Made by a program: the position numbers and the translations under genes. 64,000 nucleotides of DNA. It comes from Dimorphilus gyrociliatus. Its lineage: Eukaryota; Animalia; Annelida. The stretch is from the NCBI GenBank assembly GCA_904063045.1, contig CAJFCJ010000010.1, positions 1-64,000 on the forward strand, in the 5' to 3' direction. This document shows, in pieces, positions 55,386 to 64,000 of this stretch. Position 1 is the stretch's first letter. Each line of letters begins with the position of its first letter. Under the pieces are notes generated by a model. The model saw only the letters and a program-made list of their open reading frames with translations, ran no database searches and was not told where the DNA came from.

Positions 55386-58300
55386 TCAAGCGACAACAAG
55401 GGGTTCATCATCGGAAAATCCTCTGATTATAGGAGCGTCATCAGCATCTGTAAATGTTAATTAAAATGTTTTCAGAATAACAAAATACACTTGAATGGGT
55501 CGAAAAAATAGTTTACCCAAGTTATTATCAGTTGATATAACTGTTGTACCGCTACTGCTATGATAAATTGAATTTGCGTAACCAAGTAAACTTCTTTGTA
55601 ATCTTCTGTGTCTCATAACAAAAAATACCAAAATTGCTACTAGGACGATTATTACTATGACAGCAACGATAGCGATAGGAATTGCCAAATTACTAGAGGA
55701 TTTAGATTTATCAGAGTGTTCTCCAACTTGTCCAATACGGCATATTGGATTAGAAAATTCCCCTGGGTAGTTACTTTCATACAACTTTATACGTATTCTA
55801 TAGCATCTATAATGATTGCTTCTAATCTATTTATATAACAGAAACGAGACAAGATTAATTTTTAAAACGAGGCCAAATTAATTCAAACCTTGATTTCTTT
55901 ATCAAGTTGACCACGTGGAATAGAAGTTAATTTGTTGCAAGTATGTTCATCTTGGTTTTTACATTTGTAGATAATATAATTCTAGATATAAAAGAAAAAA
56001 CAGTAATTAAATACTTAACTTGATAAAAAAAGTAAACAATATTAAATGAAACGTACATATGATTCTATTTCAGTAAGGTATTCAGGTTTATTCCAGATAA
56101 ATCGGATAGTGTTTCCTTTTTCGAAAACTTTGAATCCCGGAGGAGCTTGGATTACATTGTATGAGAACGACTTTGGCTCTGAGAATGAGCTTTGTCCTGA
56201 TATTTTTACTTTCCAGTGATACTTTGCGCCAGAAATAAGATTTTTTATTGTTTTTTTAGTAAACTGTCCTTTTCCTTGGGCAACTTCAATGGAATAATGA
56301 TCACCCGAATCGTCTTTACCAATAACCATCGTATACGACTATATCGTAAGAAAAACATCGCGATAAAATAGATAAAGAACAATATATATAAATACTATAT
56401 TACTTTTGGTGCCTTTTCCAATAGACAATTCCATTTCCAAGAGAAATCGGCCGAATATTGTAATAATGATGAATTTTTAAAATTTCCAACGCGAAGGGAA
56501 CTTGGCGGTGAATTATAATCTACAAATATTATTTATAATTAATAAATGAAGCAAATTTTCTTAATTTATCAACCTTCTCTCGTAGAGAATGTCTGAATAG
56601 GAGATAGTTCACCAATCACATTGTGTGGGCCTGTTACTTGCAACATATAAAATATTCTGAGACAAGATGGCAATTTCAATTTCCCAATAGTAATTGTCTC
56701 ATTTTCAGTTTTGACATCTTTTAATGATATTTTTTCAACGTCACGATGATTAAAATCCAAATTATCTAATAATTTATATTCCGACGTCCAATAAAAGGTG
56801 TAAGTCTATACAAATAAATCAATAGTATTGTTATTTAACGGTGTTATTTTCTGTATATTAATTTAAAAAAGTACAGACGTATTTCTTATCAAAAGCTTGA
56901 AAAGAAATTTCGTAATCGCTTTTCAATATCCACTCAATTTCTATATTAGTAGGAGCTTTAATCGCCTCTCCTAATAGATAAAATAGATAATTCTATAATA
57001 GTAATAATTATTCTATAAAGAAAAGAAAACAATACCTGCAGTTTTGAAATGCTTTCTGGTCGAGCATTGATCGGAGCTTCCTTTAAAGTGGAATATAAAT
57101 TCAATAGTATATTTCATTCCAGGACTAAGATCTTTAACTATTAAAGAAGAACAACAAGAAAACGTCAATTATTTAATAAAATTATATTAATAAATATTAT
57201 TACGATGATATGTATTTTTCAGGGACTTTATCTCCAAATTCCTTGCAAATATATCCAAATCATCTGGTATAAGTTTAACGTCAAGTTTATTAACATCATT
57301 TGCATCCGAAAACTAAATAAGGAAAATAAACACAAAGCCTAAATTAAAACTATTAAAAGGATATATTTGTTTTTCTATACCAATATTTGGGGAAGTGATT
57401 TCATTAGATGAATTAATTTAACTGTAGGGCATTGTTTAATTTTTACTTGAACTGCAGGGGAAAATTTTCCTTGTCCTTGATCGGTAAAAGGTAAAATCTA
57501 TATCGAAAAAGAAAATAATATGATGATTATTTAATAATTTTTCGTCAACTTTTCCCAAAATATATAAAAATATCTTACGTGTATAAGATATTGCCCCTTT
57601 GCTAAATCAATTGTTTTTCGTATTATATTGCCAAAAATATCATCTTCAGTTATTTCCAGTTGTTCTGTTTCGCTTAATTCAGGCATTTGCACATTTGAAA
57701 TGTAAACCTTTGATAAATCAATTATGAAATAATAAGATTAATATAATAGAAAGAATAAGGCAAGTTTTATTAATAAAAAGAAAAAAATTTACTAACTTCG
57801 TAGTAGTTAACTTTAAAATCAGGCTTTTTCCAACTTAATATAGCTTTGGAATCACCTCCTTGAACGCTAAATTGTTGAATAACTTTTTCGTATGTAGTTT
57901 GAAAGCGATATGTTGCATCGCTAACAAAATATTTTGTATTGTTGATTATTAGATTTGCGTATAGCTAGATGTAGAAAAAAAATTCAATTATTTAATATTA
58001 ATAAATTAACATACAAAATATTAATAGATAATACTTACAATGTATTTTACATGTGGTATTAAATTAGGGATGATAACTTTATGGCTAGCTTCTTTTGCTT
58101 TGTAAACAATTGTTTTATTTAATCTTGATGCTCTGTTAGAAAGGATTGAATTATTCGATTTTATATTGGCATTTTATTATCTTTTACTTACGGATTCCCC
58201 ATATCAATAATTTCCATAAAAACTTTCATATCCTCTTTAGTATCCTTTATAGCAATATCAAATTTAACGGTCTTTTTAAAGGATGTTAATGAAGATATGT

Positions 58301-61300
58301 GAAAGGAACCTGATGAAAATTGATTAACAACACAAAAGAAAGAAATTACTAATTTAAATTTTAGGATAATAATTGAAAATATACCGCTATAGCATTTTTC
58401 ATCTTCGTTGCTAGGACATTCGGGAAACATATTGCAAATTTCACTTCTTAGTATACATAATGATGAACCTATACAGTTATATTCGTCGAATTTACAAGTT
58501 CTTGCTGTTGAGTTGGAACAGCCTCTCTCATCCGCTCCATCAGCGCAGTCTACTTTGCCGTCGCAAACTTGTTTTTGAAGAATGCATGATGAACATCTAA
58601 AGAATTTTGGCGCTACACAGCTGTCTGTAGGACAATCGAATTCATCGCTGTTGTCGTCGCAATCTTTGGCTCCGTCACACACCCAACTCGATGGCAAACA
58701 TTTAATACTGCCAGTTAAACAATGGAAAGTAAATTTTGGACAAACACTTGGATCTCTAGTAGTTATCACTGCTTCTGTCGCATTTTGAGAACAACTTTCT
58801 TCGTCACTACCAATTCCGCCATCGTGACAATCATTGATTGAATCGCAGACGTACGAATATGGTATGCACCGATGATTTCTACAATGAAATGATGTATAGT
58901 TGCACATGTTATGTGGTTTAACAGTGGTTGTTATCTTTGGACAATTTTCTTCGTCAGATCCATCCCAGCAATCGTCATAACCATTACATTTAAGCGATTT
59001 ACTAATACAAATCTTAGTTGTTTTGCAAGAGAACTCAGTACTGCTACATTTATTCTTACAGCCAATCTCATCAGAGTTATCAGGGCAGTCCTTATAATTG
59101 TCGCAGCGCCATGAATTAGGTATACAGTCTTTGGTACTATTACATTGGAAGGCTTTACATACTGAAGGTGGTTTTGCAGACGTAAAATTGAAAGTTGGAC
59201 AATTAACTTCATCAGAACCATCTTCACAATCCATGTCTCCATCGCACACATAACTCATTGATATACATTCCGAATTACCGCAGGTAAATTGTGTACTTTT
59301 GCAGATTTCTATTAAATAGATATTTAAATAAATTATTAATATTATAAAATATCTTATCTTACTTTTAGCACAATTTTTTTCGTCAGATTTATCCAGACAT
59401 TCTGTTACATTGTTACATTTCCAATCCAAAGGTATACAAGTTGAACCGCCGTCGCATTGAAATTGCTGTGCTGTACATACCTTTGGACAATTTCTCTCGT
59501 CGCTACCATCTCCGCAATCATCTTGGCGATCGCATTTCCAAGAATCAAATATACATTTCTTATTGTCACATTTAAAGAAATTTTTCGGGCAGTCTCCCTT
59601 ACCAGCCTCACAACCGTCTTTAGTAGGTGTTTCTCCTTTTTCGCATTGGCATATTTCATTGTTGTCTTTCACAGTCTGTTTATTTCAAATAATTTACGTT
59701 TACTATTAACTGTATTTAAGTCTTTCAATTACAATACCTTTTTCGTGAAAGTATCTGGACAGAGACATTTTTCTGCCGAGCCATTAATTGGTGCTGGTGG
59801 ATACTTTCTTAAAGAATTCCTAATAGGAACTCTTCCGCACAGATATTTACAGGAACACGACGCATTTCCAGCTTGTGAGGATTCAGAGAATAATTTGATA
59901 TCCATAATATTAGTAATGTTAGCTAAGAATACACGATTTTTAGCGGATAGATAGCGGAAAGCCGACATCTTATCAGTAACGTAAATACTATTCGTTGTCC
60001 AATCAGTCCAATACACTTCGGTTTTGAAAACACTAATAGCGTATGGATGAGGAGAGGCTTTAAATTTTACGGGAACGGTATGTCCCGAAGGATATGTCGA
60101 AAATTTAATATTTTTCGTAAAACCATCAACCCAATAGAGTCTCTGTAGATAAAAGAATGAATTATAATACATTAATTAATTAAGAAATTTCAAAAAACTT
60201 TATAAGGATGATAAAAAAACATACTTTTGTCGATTCGTCTACAGCCAATCCATTGGGCCATTTAATACTACCGGTTTGGACAAATATTTTTACATTCTGA
60301 CCATTCATATCACTAATCATTATACGAGCATTGGCCGACCAATCACTCCAAAACAGTAATCTATTTTATTAAAAACTTTTCATGTAATAATCTTTTCTTT
60401 TTTTAATGTAATAGAGCATGCATGCTCTTACTCACCCGTGTTTAGGAGCAAGAGCAATACTTCTAGGCTTTTCCAATAGCTTCGGATTCTTTTTAGTATT
60501 TTGAACAACAACTCGTCTGAACTTTCCTCTAGTATTTATCATTTCAATTCTTTTATTTCCAGAATCAATCCAATACAAATTACCGCCAAGATAGTCCAAA
60601 GCTAAGCTTTCTACGTTGTCCAATCCTTGTTTAATAAGGGTTTCGGTTTTAGAATCTTTGTTCAAGCATAGTCTCTATTATTTAAAGAAAGAAAACGAAA
60701 TAATTAAAGATATTTATAGATATTTATATTTTAAAACAAACTTGAATTATATCAAAAATAGTATCTGCCCAGTACAAACAATTTTCATTATAATCGTATT
60801 CAACAGCGGCAATATTTTTTAATCCACTGATTACTTTCGTTGTTTTATTAACTCCAAATTCATAACGGTATATAGATGATTTTGTCGAATAAAGCATAAA
60901 TTCCCTCAGTCTACTTGATCTTAATAATTCAAGGCAGAAGATTAACGCTAAACCTGTTTCCTAATTATTTTAGCAAGCTAACCTGCACATTATCTTTTCA
61001 GGCTCGTATTCGAAGGCTAAACCACCATGGCAAGTATTTCCAGCAACACGACGATAACTATACGAAATGCAAATTCATTAATTATGATCTAGAGGTACTT
61101 TTTGTATAATATATATAAAGAATTACCCTTTAGTTCTATAGTAATAAGATCCAATTGGACATTTTTGTGGTCTATGACTAATTAGCTCACTCTCTGATAT
61201 TCTTGGATCTCTACTGCATGTAGATTGCCATAAATAATCCTTTTTATATCCGAAATCACTGTCAGTTTTTATTTTATATTATGTATATATATCATAAAAA

Positions 61301-63892
61301 TTAATTGGTCAATAATTATTCAGTTAATGTACTACCATTCAAAATCTGATGATCGACAAGAACAATTTTTCAAGACTTTTTCATCGTTGTATGTCTTCCC
61401 ATTATAGCAATTGGAGTTAGCTATTCTACGCTTAAAACTCAGCATTCTACCCAATAGACAATGGGAAGCCCTAGAAGATTTGGGATTCCAAACCTTATAG
61501 TCACTTTTAACACACGTTCTATCTATAAAAAGTTATTTTACATTTAATCTTTTTTATCATTATTTATATATTCATAGCTTTTTGAACTTACTAAACAGAG
61601 TGTTTAAAACAACTTTTACTAGAACCCAACTATGGCGTTTATTATAGAGCGATCCAAATACCGAGAATGTTGTCGTATTACTGCCAGGTTCAGTAAGGAT
61701 ACCATATATTTGAAGTTTTTCTTCATTGCTAAAGTAGTGAGGATACCAACTTTCCCCTTCATCAGTTGAATATCTAGATATGTAGATAATGATTGTAAAT
61801 ATGTGTTTAATCGTAATTTCTTTAAAGATTGCTTACAGAATCTTATTGGTCGGCTCCCACTGTTCAGCAGCAACAATAATGCCTCCATGATCACCAAATT
61901 CAAAGAAATGAGAACCGCTTAGTGTCTATGTTACAAAGAATAGGTAAACAAAAAGAGCATAGCCAATTAAATTAATGTTAACCTCTCTCCAAATATAGCC
62001 GCCATCGCTACTAAAGTAGACATTAACATCTCGACCAGAAGTATGGTCCATGTACTTTCCTAAAGTACCAGTTGCCATAACATACCCAGGTGCAGATGCT
62101 TTAGAGAGAATAGGAACACTCCTAGATTTGGGATGTAAACTGTGGTAGTTTTGAGACAGATGCAGATAACACTTCCAGGACTAATTTGGAGTATAACAAT
62201 ATTTAATATTTTCATATTATGTTTTTTTCAAGACTTACGTAGTAGCAACTAGACCTACTTCCATTTCTTCGAATTCTTGGGGCATATATATAATACCAGT
62301 TTCCTCCTTTATTCATAGTTATATATGATTGTTGATTAGTTGCAGTGATGTTTGTCATATTAACTACGGAGGCTATAAAATATCCTCTAAGACCTTCTAC
62401 TTTATGCACGTCTGCGAAAGGTCTGGTCACATATTCCCTATGGAAAATAATAAATAGGTTTAAATATGGAGCCAACAAAAAAATATTAGCTAACCTCAGC
62501 CAACTTGAAACATTAGATTTTGGATTGAAATAGACAACATTTCTTAAAGATAAAGAATATATAAGTCCAGTTCCATCGCTTGTATATAGGTTATTCTCTA
62601 ATTGTCCATCACTCCTTTTATGAGAACCAACAATCATAACCATACCTTCACTTGCATCAATAACGTAGAATTCCTACAAATGCGTTTTTAAAATAGACGG
62701 TATTATTTGCACTAACTAGTTTTTTTATCGTGAATAAGAAACACTTACAACAATAGGTTCAATGTTATTTGCTTCACTGGGATCGTTATTCTGTCAGAAG
62801 TAATATTTAATAAATATAGATAAGTTAAAATTTATATTTTACCGATGGTTGAGTTAATGCTGGAAATGTTGTTTTTTGGAACTTTTCATGAATTTTCGCA
62901 ACCCATAATTCAAGTCCAGTTTTCTTCTGTATTTATAGAAAATATGTTAGAATGATTATACTAATATATTTCCATATATTCTATTAATTGAAATATTTAC
63001 TGCTCGTTTAGTTGCAAACATATACTCGTCCTTTACTTGAAAATCTACTACTCCACTAAGAACTTTATCGAACCTAATATAATTATTATTTTTATAAACG
63101 TTAATATTTGTGTCAACGAATCCAGTCCTTTGAACGTAGAGAGTGTTTTCAGTCCTATTTTTGTAAAATTCATAAATTAAAGAGAGTGTAAACGAATATA
63201 ATTGAAAAAAATTTAACACTAACAAAAAAAACTCTTTTACGCCATAGGAAACAATTTTCCATTTGTATCCATAATCTTCAGATACCCATAAACGAGTTAA
63301 AAAATTCTCATCATCAAAACCAAATATCGTATGAACTTTATTCGGATGAAAGCTTATTTTTCTTGGGACAAATTTAAGTTTGTGCTTGGTTGTACGTTTT
63401 AAGTAGGTTTCGCTCGTCCATATGTATTTGTTTTTTATGTCCGTAACAATAAACTAAATATAGATTAATTTTATTGTATAGCACAACGTTTCTCAATAGA
63501 ATATATATGTGAAGGAGTGGGTTTACAGTACTTACGTTGCTGCTCTTAAGAGGTGAATAATAAAATCTATCAATGTTGATAGTCTCGTTGCCCTAAAATA
63601 AGAAAGTATATATGGATTGTAAATCAGTGTATGATAATAGTTGAAATTGCTTACTAGCTTTTGTTTTTCAAACGTTTTTCCGTAATTTCTGTGTATAATA
63701 AACAATAGATAATTACACATGTCATCTTATTAATTATCGGTAATGTCAGAGGCATACTAACCGAGACACATATAAAATACTTTTAAATTTTTTTCCTTGA
63801 GATTCAAGTGGTTTTGTTAATGCGATAACAACATCGCTGTTCTCACCAGCCCAATGTACAAACATTTGAGAATTATGGTCATTGAAATCAAA
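55386..63892 (-). CDS. SORL1: Sortilin-related receptor (SorLA/LR11), 5'-incomplete: VPS10, YWTD propeller, EGF, 9 LDLa repeats, FN3 repeats, TM, cytosolic tail
   Basis: [50 protein letters not shown], LDLa repeats ending [31 protein letters not shown], tail YANSIY...[18 protein letters not shown]. The signal/propeptide exon is not in the window. Confidence 0.95.
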
Positions 63893-64000
63893 CTATTGAG
63901 GAAAAACAGAATAATTGTGCAATGAAAGTAATTATTTAATGAAATTATTTACGCATAATCCATAAGTAGCTGAATATACAGTATATATATACAGCATACT

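Overview
AT-rich metazoan genomic DNA with very short (mostly ~55-90 nt) GT-AG introns and tightly packed genes. This fits a compact invertebrate genome; an annelid such as Dimorphilus is a guess, not shown by the sequence. Gene order: 5' part of an unknown gene (-), casein kinase 1 (-), PWP2 (-) head-to-head with V-ATPase subunit c (+), TMEM272-like (-), ANO8 (-) head-to-head with an N-terminally truncated CPEB1-like gene (+), four paralogous SMB-domain Methuselah/adhesion-type GPCRs (+,-,-,-), an intronless 1839-aa multi-zinc-finger gene (+), a short-form ABCC gene with an intact reading frame but both ATPase sites degenerate (-), C1orf43/NICE-3 (-), a canonical long-form ABCC1/MRP1-like gene (+), and SORL1 (-, 5' end outside the window). 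I built exon structures by hand from splice signals, phase and remembered homology; no alignments were run. Best leads: (1) a duplicated, mutually exclusive 311-nt cassette in TMD2 of the MRP1-like gene; (2) the ABCC4/CFTR-type pseudo-ATPase next to it, which appears to lack its own promoter; (3) recurrent CTCF-type motifs between genes and an orphan E-box/TATA cluster between two convergent genes. No tRNA, rRNA, CRISPR array or recognisable transposon was found.
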